Source: a virus
Lineage: Duplodnaviria; Heunggongvirae; Uroviricota; Caudoviricetes
Strand: one strand, 5' to 3'
IMG/VR virus record: IMGVR_UViG_2851933302_000002
Location: 1-41,286 of that record
Length of the DNA: 41,286 bases
Below are positions 8,795 to 16,673 of this stretch, in pieces. Below the pieces are notes generated by a model. It was not told the DNA's origin. It did not search any database and saw nothing but the letters and a program-made list of their open reading frames with translations. Made by a program: the position numbers and the translations under genes. How positions within the stretch are numbered: the first letter of the stretch is position 1; the number at the start of each line of letters is the position of its first letter.

Positions 8795-9565
8795 ATGGAA
8801 ACCGTATCTGACGCACTGAAAGCACTGAAAAAAGCCTCTTCACATGTGGTGGCAGCTCGCCTTGGAATCAGTCGTGAAGAGGCTGTCAACGAGCTGTGGG
8901 AACTCAAAAGAAAAGGCGTCGTTGATAAAACTGGTCACACCTGGTTTCTGGCTGGCGAAGGTGAATCCCGGGTAACCGAAGAGCGGCCAGTAAAATCTGA
9001 AGCACAGGATATGCTGACCGGGGAGGTCGAACAAAAAGTTACCGCAGACATGATGATTGAGTTTATCGGTCAGGATGGGGCTAAAACGTGTGAGGAACTG
9101 GCGGGTAAGTTCGGTGTCAGTACTCGCAAGGTTGCTTCCACGCTGGCGGTGGTAACCGCAACGGGGCGGCTGGCACGCGTTAATCAGAACGGTAAATTTC
9201 GTTACTGCATGCCGGGCGATAATTTACCAGCAGAGCCGAAAGCCGCGCTGGTAACGGAAAGTGATGGTAAGGCCTTTCCTCAGCCAGCAGGTGCTGCGTT
9301 ACCAGGCCGGGAAGCCGCAACACAGGAAGAAATTAAAACAGAAACTGTGGCGGACATTGTGCAGTCGTTGCCATCGTTTACCGAAACGCAAGCAGATGAG
9401 CTGATTTTTCCGTCCCTGCGCAGGGCAAACCTGGCGCTGCGCAGGGCGAAAAGTGATGTTCAGAAGTGGGAGCGAGTCTGCGCCGCGCTGCGGGAGCTGA
9501 ACAAGCACCGGGATATTGTTCGACAGATTACTGATTCTTCCCGCCGTGTTGTATCGGAAAAGTGA
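8795..9565 (+). CDS. Hypothetical phage protein with two winged-helix-like modules
   Basis: 256-aa ORF at the start of the nin-like region. Two HTH-like segments (VAARLGISREEAVNEL; CEELAGKFGVSTRKVAS). No confident family assignment. Confidence 0.5.
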   Translation: METVSDALKALKKASSHVVAARLGISREEAVNELWELKRKGVVDKTGHTWFLAGEGESRVTEERPVKSEAQDMLTGEVEQKVTADMMIEFIGQDGAKTCEELAGKFGVSTRKVASTLAVVTATGRLARVNQNGKFRYCMPGDNLPAEPKAALVTESDGKAFPQPAGAALPGREAATQEEIKTETVADIVQSLPSFTETQADELIFPSLRRANLALRRAKSDVQKWERVCAALRELNKHRDIVRQITDSSRRVVSEK

Positions 9566-10006
9566 TTGCCGGAGGCGCTTATGGCAAAAGTATTTACACA
9601 AGAAGAGCGGGAAAAAATTAAAGGGCAGGTTGTTGAACTTGTACGTCTGAGCGGTCGCGAGACGTTACGGCAACTGGAAGCCAAGACAGGTGCGACAAGA
9701 TATCTGATGAGCGTTCTTGCCAGAGAGCTGGTTGCCAGTGGCGATGTATACGACTCTGGTTACGGGTTATTCCCGTCTGAACAGGCGCGTAAGGACTGGC
9801 AAAATGCTCGCAAAAAACTCTCAAGGGCAAAGGTGAAGAAACCTGCAGTGGTTGATCCGGACCTTATCTGGTCGTTACCAGACGGCGAAATACGCCGCTA
9901 CGACAGGCGCCTGAATATAATCTGTCGCGAGTGCCGGAAGAGCGAAGCTATGCAGCGTGTACTGGCATTTTATCAAGGAAATGTTAGGTATTTTAGACGT
10001 TACTAG
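9566..10006 (+). CDS. Hypothetical phage protein
   Basis: 146-aa ORF, tightly coupled to the upstream gene. Function unknown. Confidence 0.45.
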   Translation: MPEALMAKVFTQEEREKIKGQVVELVRLSGRETLRQLEAKTGATRYLMSVLARELVASGDVYDSGYGLFPSEQARKDWQNARKKLSRAKVKKPAVVDPDLIWSLPDGEIRRYDRRLNIICRECRKSEAMQRVLAFYQGNVRYFRRY

Positions 10007-10159
10007 ATTAAAGAGCATTAGTTCAGATGTGAATTGACATTTTCATGGCGCAGGGTAGAGCCAGCGTGGTTGTCCGCTTTGCGTCAAAACCAGATATTAC
10101 CAGATTTAGACATATATTCCCGATAGACCTGCTCTGATGCTACACTCTGTGCTATTTTC

Positions 10160-10846
10160 ATGACCCCAATAAAAATATTTATGACTATTGCTGATTTCAA
10201 ACGGCCTAAATTGGAGCTCCCAAACGGGGCAAACAAACTACTACTGCACTCTTGCTGTGCTCCATGTTCCGGTGAAGTGATGGAGGCGCTTCAGGCCTCG
10301 GGAATCGACTACACCATCTTTTTCTACAACCCGAACATTCATCCTCAGAAAGAGTATTTAATTCGTAAGGATGAAAATATTCGCTTTGCTGAACAACACG
10401 GCGTGCCGTTTATCGATGCTGATTACGACACCGACAACTGGTTTGAACGTGCCAAAGGAATGGAATGGGAGCCTGAGAGGGGGATCCGTTGTACCATGTG
10501 TTTTGACATGCGTTTTGAGCGGACAGCGTTGTACGCTGCTGAAAATGGTTTCAGTGTGATCAGCAGTTCACTGGGCATTTCACGCTGGAAAAATATGCAG
10601 CAGGTTAACGAGTGTGGGCGGCGAGCTGTTGCGCATTATCCGGGTATGGTGTACTGGGATTATAACTGGCGCAAGCAGGGCGGCTCGTCCCGTATGATTG
10701 AAATCAGCAAGCGCGAAAAATTCTATCAGCAGGAATATTGTGGCTGTGTGTATTCTCTGCGCGATACCAATCTACACCGCAAATCTCAGGGACGCCCTCT
10801 TATCAAAATTGGCCAACTCCACTACGGAAAAGAAGAGAAGGAGTGA
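10160..10846 (+). CDS. QueH-like protein (DUF208, epoxyqueuosine reductase family)
   Basis: 228-aa ORF with the [11 protein letters not shown] motif and further Cys residues (CTMC, CGC) that I recall as characteristic of DUF208/QueH. Family assignment is from memory of the motif. Confidence 0.65.
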   Translation: MTPIKIFMTIADFKRPKLELPNGANKLLLHSCCAPCSGEVMEALQASGIDYTIFFYNPNIHPQKEYLIRKDENIRFAEQHGVPFIDADYDTDNWFERAKGMEWEPERGIRCTMCFDMRFERTALYAAENGFSVISSSLGISRWKNMQQVNECGRRAVAHYPGMVYWDYNWRKQGGSSRMIEISKREKFYQQEYCGCVYSLRDTNLHRKSQGRPLIKIGQLHYGKEEKE

Positions 10847-11083
10847 TTTTATGGATCACCTTTCTGATTGATTTCATATTGGCGAGGTGACGTGAGTTAA
10901 GTAGAATGGCTGCGGGTGCTTGAGGCTATCTGTCTCAGGCATGAACACTGAAAGGCAGATAGAGAAAAGCCCCAGTTAACATTTCGCGTCCTGCAAGACG
11001 CTTAACATTAATCTGAGGCCCAATCTATGTCTCACAAATGTAGGTTAGCCTCTTACGTGCCGAAAGGCAAGGGGAAGCAGGCT

Positions 11084-11239
11084 ATGAAGCAGCAAAAGGC
11101 GATGTTAATCGCCCTGATCGTCATCTGTTTAACCGTCATAGTGACGGCACTGGTAACGAGGAAAGACCTCTGCGAGGTACGAATCCGAACCGGCCAGACG
11201 GAGGTCGCTGTCTTCACAGCTTACGAACCTGAGGAGTAA
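11084..11239 (+). CDS. hok: Hok/Gef-family type I toxin (HokD/RelF-like)
   Basis: 51-aa peptide MKQQKAMLIALIVICLTVIVTALVTRKDLCEVRIRTGQTEVAVFTAYEPEE, matching my recollection of HokD. Structured leader upstream (10860-11080) would hold mok/sok elements. Terminator follows at 11310-11337. Confidence 0.9.
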   Translation: MKQQKAMLIALIVICLTVIVTALVTRKDLCEVRIRTGQTEVAVFTAYEPEE

Positions 11240-11309
11240 GAGACCTGGCGGGGGAGAAATCCCTCGCCACCTCTGATGTGTCAGGCATCCTCAACGCACC
11301 CGCACTTAA

Positions 11310-11337
11310 CCCGCTTCGGCGGGTTTTGTTTTTTTCT
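11310..11337 (+). terminator. Rho-independent terminator after hok
   Basis: CCCGC-TTCG-GCGGG hairpin followed by TTTTGTTTTTTT. Confidence 0.7.
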
Positions 11338-11406
11338 GGCATTCTGGTTTACAATTCGCACGTCAGCCTGAACACCTGACACCTGCTGCGCCAGCAGAGA
11401 AAACAG

Positions 11407-11679
11407 ATGGCGCACAAAACCAAATTTCACAATTCTGATACCGACCTTGCCATCCGGCATGGGCGGCGTTCACACGCATTTAAAACCGACTGGTACCAAC
11501 ACCCACCATGTACTGAAGAACAGGCCGAATGGCTAATTCATAACTACCGCAGACGCGGATACGAGATTAAGAAAGCCCTCAGCCTCGATTATCGTCACTG
11601 GATAATCTCCGTCAGGCTTCCTTACTCTGAACGCCCACCGCGTCCGTCCCGCACATTCCAGCAACGCATCTGGAGGTAA
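11407..11679 (+). CDS. Hypothetical protein (position matches rem in Qin-type prophages)
   Basis: 90-aa ORF between hok and the DUF968 gene. Assignment is by gene order only. Confidence 0.4.
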   Translation: MAHKTKFHNSDTDLAIRHGRRSHAFKTDWYQHPPCTEEQAEWLIHNYRRRGYEIKKALSLDYRHWIISVRLPYSERPPRPSRTFQQRIWR

Positions 11680-11680
11680 C

Positions 11681-12736
11681 GTGCGGGTATTACTTCGACC
11701 TGTTCTGGTACCGGAACTCGGGCTGGTGATCGTTAAGCCGGGCCGTGAATCCATGCCGGTATTCCACAATACCCGGGTACTGGTGGAGCCGGAACCGAAA
11801 AGCATGCGTAATCTGCCGTCCGGGGTCGTTCCTGCCGTTCGCCAGCCGCTGGCGGAGGATAAATCATTACTGCCATTTTTCAGCGACGAACGAGTGATTC
11901 GTGCTGCTGGTGGCGCTGGCGCATTGTCTGACTGGTTACTGCGCCATGTTAAATCCTGCCAGTGGCCACACGGCGATTATCACCACAGTGAAACCGTCAT
12001 TCACCGTTATGGTACCGGCGCAATGGTGTTGTGCTGGCACTGCGACAACCAGCTGCGCGACCAGACCTCCGAATCACTCGGGCAACTTGCTCACCAAAAC
12101 CTGTCTGCATGGATGATTGACGTCATACGCCATGCAATGAATGGCTCGCAGGAACGGGAATTATCGCTGGCTGAATTATCCTGGTGGGCGGTCCGCAATC
12201 AGGTGGCGGACGCGCTACCGGAAGCGGTATTACGTCGTTCGCTGGGGTTGCGTGCGGAAAAAATCCGCTCAATGTACCGTGAAAGCGACATCGTACCGGG
12301 AGAGCAGACCGCCACCAGCATACTGAAGCAGCGCACAAAAAATCTTGCGCCGCTGCCTCACGCCCACCAGCAAAACCCGCCACAGGAAAAGACGGTGGTC
12401 AGCATTGCCGTTGATCCGGAGTCACCGGCTCAGTATCTCCAGCGCCAGAAATCACAACGGGAAGAGATGCCTGTATACACGCGTTGGGTAAAAACGCAGA
12501 AATGCATGACGTGTGGCAATCAGGCAGATGATCCGCATCACATCATTGGTCATGGACTGGGAGGGATGGGAACAAAGGCTGATGATTTGTTTGTTATTCC
12601 GCTGTGCCGTAAATGCCATAGCGAACTACACGCCGGGGTAAAAGATTTTGAAGAAAAACACGGCAGCCAGCTGTTGTTGCTGATTCGTTTTTTAATGCAC
12701 GCGAGAAATTCGGGTGTTCTGAAGTGGAAAGCATAA
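11681..12736 (+). CDS. DUF968-family protein (YdfU-like) with C-terminal HNH-like zinc motif
   Basis: 351-aa ORF, GTG start with SD GGAGG. C-terminal CMTCG...HHIIGH...CRKCH motif. Conserved hok-rem-ydfU-like order. Confidence 0.7.
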   Translation: MRVLLRPVLVPELGLVIVKPGRESMPVFHNTRVLVEPEPKSMRNLPSGVVPAVRQPLAEDKSLLPFFSDERVIRAAGGAGALSDWLLRHVKSCQWPHGDYHHSETVIHRYGTGAMVLCWHCDNQLRDQTSESLGQLAHQNLSAWMIDVIRHAMNGSQERELSLAELSWWAVRNQVADALPEAVLRRSLGLRAEKIRSMYRESDIVPGEQTATSILKQRTKNLAPLPHAHQQNPPQEKTVVSIAVDPESPAQYLQRQKSQREEMPVYTRWVKTQKCMTCGNQADDPHHIIGHGLGGMGTKADDLFVIPLCRKCHSELHAGVKDFEEKHGSQLLLLIRFLMHARNSGVLKWKA

Positions 12737-13102
12737 ATGACTGAACGCATAGAATTTGTTTTGCCTTACCCGCCAACGGTGAACACTTACTGGCGACGTC
12801 GTGGCAGCACATATTTTGTATCAAAAGTCGGTGAGCGTTATCGCCGTGATGTGGCGCTTATTGTTCGCCAGCAGCAACTGAAATTAAACCTGTCCGGAAG
12901 GCCGGCAATAGAAATTATTGCAGAGCCACCGGATAAGCGCCGTCGTGACCTGGACAATATCCTGAAGGCACCACTGGATGTACTGACGCATGCGGGGCTG
13001 CTCATAGACGACGAGCAGTTTGATGAAATTAATATTGTGCGCGGTCAGCTTGTTCCTGGTGGGCGGTTGGGGATAAAAATCACAGAACTGGAGTACGCAT
13101 GA
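12737..13102 (+). CDS. rusA: Holliday junction resolvase RusA
   Basis: 121-aa ORF with the RusA-like N-terminal motif (LPYPPTVNTYW) and an acidic catalytic region. Classical position upstream of Q. Confidence 0.85.
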   Translation: MTERIEFVLPYPPTVNTYWRRRGSTYFVSKVGERYRRDVALIVRQQQLKLNLSGRPAIEIIAEPPDKRRRDLDNILKAPLDVLTHAGLLIDDEQFDEINIVRGQLVPGGRLGIKITELEYA

Positions 13103-13788
13103 ATAACCAGTATTTACAGTTTGTTCGTGAGCAACTCATGATTGCCACCGCCGATTTGAGTGGATCAACAAAAGGGCAGCTTGAGGCCTGGCAGGAGAAT
13201 GCCATGTTTGATACAGGGCGTTACAGGCGTAAAAAAATCCGGTACCGCGATGAAGTGACTGGAAAAATGATAACGCGGGATAATCCACCAATCCCGGGAA
13301 AGCAATCGCTGGCGAAGGGGGTGTCAATTCCTCTCGTCAGTCCGGTTGAGTTTTCGACATCATCGTGGCGGCGGGCTGTTCTGTCTCTTGAAGAACATCA
13401 TAAAGCCTGGTTGTTGTGGTGTTACAGCGGGAGTATTTGTTGGGAATATCAGATCGCGATAACGCAGTGGGTGTGGAATGAATTTAAAACCCGGTACGGC
13501 ACCAGAAAAATTGCAGGGAAAACGCAGGAGCGCGTGAAGAAGTTGATCTGGCTGGCGGCACAGGATGTCAGAGGATGGATTACCGGGTGTGAGGTCTACC
13601 AGAGACAGGAGCTTGCCAGACTGTGTGGAGTTAAGCCTGATAACTGGAGCCATAATTATGCGAACTACTGGCGTGAGATGTGCGATATTTTTAAGAGTCT
13701 CGATAGAGAATCTGTGATTTGCACCGTGAAAATAAGAGCGCAACAAAAAGCGACTTTTTCACGACGAGATATTGCAAAAGTCAATTAA
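13099..13788 (+). CDS. Late-gene antiterminator Q-like protein (phage 82/Qin QuuQ type)
   Basis: 229-aa ORF overlapping the rusA stop (ATGA). Size and position fit the large Q family; followed by a promoter/terminator-like intergenic region. No motif-level confirmation. Confidence 0.55.
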   Translation: MNNQYLQFVREQLMIATADLSGSTKGQLEAWQENAMFDTGRYRRKKIRYRDEVTGKMITRDNPPIPGKQSLAKGVSIPLVSPVEFSTSSWRRAVLSLEEHHKAWLLWCYSGSICWEYQIAITQWVWNEFKTRYGTRKIAGKTQERVKKLIWLAAQDVRGWITGCEVYQRQELARLCGVKPDNWSHNYANYWREMCDIFKSLDRESVICTVKIRAQQKATFSRRDIAKVN

Positions 13789-13857
13789 ATAGCGTACGTT
13801 TCGTATAAATCTGATATTTTGCCGATTTTGTACGCGATGGCAAAGTAAGAAAAAAAA

Positions 13858-13880
13858 CTGCCGTCAGGCGGTTTTTTTTT
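13858..13880 (+). terminator. Candidate tR'-like terminator downstream of Q
   Basis: Short 5-bp hairpin (CTGCC-GTCA-GGCGG, one G-U pair) followed by T9 and preceded by A7. Confidence 0.5.
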
Positions 13881-14002
13881 ATGCCCAAAATCGCGTCAGT
13901 ACAGTAAACACGCTGGTGGTTGCGAATACGGGTCTTTCAGCTTGCTGGCTTTTTCGACAAGAGTTATTGGTATGTCACGTTAACCGGAAAAAGGAAAAAG
14001 AC

Positions 14003-14200
14003 ATGCTAAAACAGCAGGATATGACAGAAACCGCCAGAGTGGTGTTTAATGAATTAAGCGTTACCGAACCGGCGACAGTCGGGGAGATAGCGCAGAATAC
14101 TTACCTTTCACGCGAACGCTGCCAGTTAATACTGACTCAGCTGGTTATGGCGGGTCTGGCAGACTATCAGTTCGGTTGTTACAGACGCCTTCCGCAGTGA
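14003..14200 (+). CDS. Small winged-helix-like protein upstream of the DNA methyltransferase (possible controller)
   Basis: 65-aa ORF from the ATG at 14003 with SD AAGGA. HTH-like segment TVGEIAQNTYLSRERCQLILTQL. Confidence 0.4.
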   Translation: MLKQQDMTETARVVFNELSVTEPATVGEIAQNTYLSRERCQLILTQLVMAGLADYQFGCYRRLPQ

Positions 14201-14350
14201 AGGCTTTTTTATTTGTGGTAAATGGGCGGCTGGTGGGTGTTAGGGGCACTTACCAGCCATCTGCTCATGCGTTGGGTTCACAAGCAAACCTCAGGCCCAC
14301 TGCTTTGCGCAAAAGCAGAATGAGCCTATCAGAGACAGGCTTAATGATCC

Positions 14351-15400
14351 ATGCTTAATACTGTAAAAATATCCAGTTGTGAGTTAATCAACGCCGACTG
14401 CCTGGAATTTATCCGGTCGTTACCCGAAAATTCTGTTGACCTGATAGTCACGGACCCGCCGTACTTTAAAGTGAAGCCTGAGGGCTGGGATAACCAGTGG
14501 AAGGGCGACGATGATTACCTGAAGTGGCTGGACCAGTGTCTGGCGCAGTTCTGGCGGGTGCTGAAACCTGTCGGAAGTCTTTACCTGTTCTGTGGTCATC
14601 GCCTGGCATCTGATATCGAAATCATGATGCGTGAACGCTTCAGTGTGCTGAACCATATTATCTGGGCGAAGCCGTCCGGACGCTGGAACGGATGCAACAA
14701 GGAAAGCCTGCGGGCGTATTTCCCCGCCACAGAGCGCATTCTGTTCGCGGAACATTATCAGGGGCCGTATCGTCCGAAAGATGCCGGGTATGCGGCGAAG
14801 GGCAGTGCACTGAAACAGCATGTGATGGCCCCGCTGATTTCTTACTTTCGTGATGCGCGCGCGGCCCTGGGGATAACGGCAAAACAGATTGCAGATGTCA
14901 CAGGAAAGAAAAACATGGTGTCGCACTGGTTCAGTGCCAGTCAGTGGCAGCTACCGAACGAAAGCGATTATCTGAAATTACAGTCGCTGTTTGCCCGGGT
15001 GGCAGAAGAGAAACATCAGCGCGGTGAACTGGAAAAGCCCCACCACCAGCTGGTGGATACGTATACGTCACTGAACCGGCAGTATGTGGAGCTGCAGAGT
15101 GAATATAAGCATCTGCGGCGGTATTTTGGTGTGACGGCGCAGGTGCCGTACACGGATGTATGGACACATAAACCGGTGCAGTTCTATCCCGGGAAACATC
15201 CGTGCGAAAAACCGGCAGAAATGCTGCAGCAGATAATCAGCGCAAGCAGTCGTCCGGGTGACCTGGTTGCAGATTTTTTTATGGGCTCAGGTTCAACGGT
15301 AAAAGTGGCACTGGCGCTCGGGCGTCGTGCGATTGGCGTTGAACTGGAGACCGGACGTTTTGAGCAGACAGTCAGGGAAGTTCAGGATTTAATCGTTTGA
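14351..15400 (+). CDS. DNA methyltransferase (beta-class N6-adenine/N4-cytosine type, orphan)
   Basis: 349-aa ORF with motif IV DPPY (TDPPYF) preceding motif I FxGSG (FFMGSGST), i.e. permuted beta-class order. No adjacent restriction endonuclease gene. Confidence 0.85.
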   Translation: MLNTVKISSCELINADCLEFIRSLPENSVDLIVTDPPYFKVKPEGWDNQWKGDDDYLKWLDQCLAQFWRVLKPVGSLYLFCGHRLASDIEIMMRERFSVLNHIIWAKPSGRWNGCNKESLRAYFPATERILFAEHYQGPYRPKDAGYAAKGSALKQHVMAPLISYFRDARAALGITAKQIADVTGKKNMVSHWFSASQWQLPNESDYLKLQSLFARVAEEKHQRGELEKPHHQLVDTYTSLNRQYVELQSEYKHLRRYFGVTAQVPYTDVWTHKPVQFYPGKHPCEKPAEMLQQIISASSRPGDLVADFFMGSGSTVKVALALGRRAIGVELETGRFEQTVREVQDLIV

Positions 15401-15449
15401 AACGGATGAGATTGCAGAATTAATTACGCACCATTATTATTCTGCTCCC

Positions 15450-15525
15450 GGCCCTTTAGCTCAGTGGTGAGAGCGAGCGACTCATAATCGCCAGGTCGCT
15501 GGTTCAAATCCAGCAAGGGCCACCA
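15450..15525 (+). tRNA. ileZ: tRNA with anticodon CAT (Ile2/Met type; ileZ-like)
   Basis: 76-nt cloverleaf. Acceptor stem GGCCCTT/AAGGGCC, anticodon CAT at 15483-15485, T-loop GGTTCAAATCC, 3' CCA. Confidence 0.85.
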
Positions 15526-15532
15526 TCACATA

Positions 15533-15609
15533 CCGCCATTAGCTCATCAGGAAAGAGCGCCAGCTTTCGAAGCTGGTTGCGCGGAGTTCGGGTCCCCGAA
15601 GGCGGTCCA
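15533..15609 (+). tRNA. argN: tRNA-Arg (anticodon TCG; argN-like)
   Basis: 77-nt candidate. Anticodon stem CCAGC/GCTGG with loop TTTCGAA (anticodon TCG), 3' CCA. One mismatch in the acceptor stem and one in the T-stem. Confidence 0.7.
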
Positions 15610-15622
15610 TTATCTGTATCCT

Positions 15623-15699
15623 GCGTTGTTAGCTCAGCCGGACAGAGCAATTGCCTTCTAAGCAATCGGTCACTGGTTCGAATCCAGTACAACGCGCCA
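15623..15699 (+). tRNA. argO: tRNA-Arg (anticodon TCT; argO-like)
   Basis: 77-nt cloverleaf. Acceptor GCGTTGT/ACAACGC, anticodon loop CTTCTAA (TCT), T-loop GGTTCGAATCC, 3' CCA. Confidence 0.85.
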
Positions 15700-15714
15700 C
15701 ACTTATTTTCCCTG

Positions 15715-15737
15715 GCTCGCTTTTGCGGGCTTTTTTT
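15715..15737 (+). terminator. Terminator-like hairpin after the tRNA cluster
   Basis: GCTCGC-TTTT-GCGGGC hairpin followed by T7. Confidence 0.55.
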
Positions 15738-15743
15738 AAATGT

Positions 15744-15960
15744 CTCACAATTCAGGCGGTTGACTGTTGTCTGGTTTGCGGGGAGTTTGTTAAAAGAAAC
15801 TGGCATGGTGAATCCCCCTGTGCGGAGGGGCAATCAGCGAGTAGGTATATGGGATAATCGCGGATTCAGGTGCTGGTACTGAATTCACCGGGAGGCACCC
15901 GGCACCATGCAATGGCACATAGCGCCACTCTCCAGCCCCTCTCCGGAGGGGCTTTTCTGT
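15744..15960 (+). repeat. Structured repeat unit, copy A (promoter-like TTGACT plus hairpins plus terminator)
   Basis: Shares blocks with copy B: CTCACAATTCAG..GTTGAC, GCATGGTGAATCCCCCTG.GCGGAGGGGC, CACCGGGAGGCACCCGGCACCATG, and the terminator hairpin AGCCCCTCTCCGGAGGGGCT followed by T-run. Confidence 0.6.
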
Positions 15961-16147
15961 GCCGGATACATCACAGTTTCTGGAACCTTAGGTACTACAG
16001 TATCAGTCAGGGTGCTATATTTTCAGATGTGATGAAAGCCTGTCAGCAGGCAGGGCGTATCGGAAATGACCCAGTAGAGAAAACGTTGACTCAGATACCG
16101 GTGCTGAGTTACCGGGAAACCGGCATCACATGACCGCTATCCTTCCA

Positions 16148-16174
16148 GGCCCATCCGCTCCGGTGGGCCTTTTT
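16148..16174 (+). terminator. Rho-independent terminator between repeat copies
   Basis: GGCCCA-(10-nt loop)-TGGGCC hairpin followed by TTTTT. Confidence 0.6.
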
Positions 16175-16211
16175 ACTGCAGAAAACAGGTTCCCCGTTAA
16201 ATGCTATGTTG

Positions 16212-16446
16212 CTCACAATTCAGTAAGTTGACAGTTGCCTGTCAGACTGGGCATTTGTTAAAAAAATTTCGCATGGTGAATCCCCCTGAGCGGAGGGGCG
16301 ACTGGTGACGGTATAATCTCTGATTATCAAAACGAGAATGACGCGGGTTTAGTGGCACCGGGCTGAACTCACCGGGAGGCACCCGGCACCATGTGCATGA
16401 TGATACAGATACGCGGCTTTAGCCCCTCTCCGGAGGGGCTTTCTTA
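16212..16446 (+). repeat. Structured repeat unit, copy B
   Basis: Second tandem copy of the copy A element. Contains TTGACA, a perfect TATAAT at about 16309-16314, the same GC hairpins and the AGCCCCTCTCCGGAGGGGCT terminator hairpin. Confidence 0.6.
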
Positions 16447-16451
16447 TGGAC

Positions 16452-16480
16452 AAAAAAAGCCCGCGCTGGGAGACGCGGGC
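16452..16480 (-). terminator. Minus-strand rho-independent terminator
   Basis: GCCCGCG-CTGGGAGA-CGCGGGC hairpin preceded by A7 on the plus strand, i.e. a T-run after the hairpin on the minus strand. Confidence 0.5.
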
Positions 16481-16673
16481 GGCAAGGAATAAACAATAAA
16501 ACGTGAAGTAATATTTCAGCTGGCGAATAATACCCCATAGTAATCACTCTGCGCAACTGCGCGGTCTTTTTCGAATTGCGGGCTGTAGTCTCCCTTCTGC
16601 CATTGTCCTGTAACTTCCGGACTTCAGCCTGCTCCTTATCTGACTCACAACATTATCCCGCCCGGGAGGATTC

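Noticed and set aside
14420-14926. 168-aa minus-strand ORF inside the DNA methyltransferase gene
   Set aside because: Antisense to a gene with clear catalytic motifs. Spurious.
15744-16446. Possible CRISPR array suggested by the repeated GC-rich hairpin elements
   Set aside because: Only two copies of a long unit (about 200 bp) at irregular spacing, not short regularly spaced repeats. No cas genes.
15700-16673. Shiga toxin genes (stxA/stxB) expected downstream of the ileZ-argN-argO-like tRNAs
   Set aside because: No ORFs of the right size or with AB5 toxin features are present. The interval holds only repeats and terminators, plus short ORFs (for example 15870..16133) that look non-coding.
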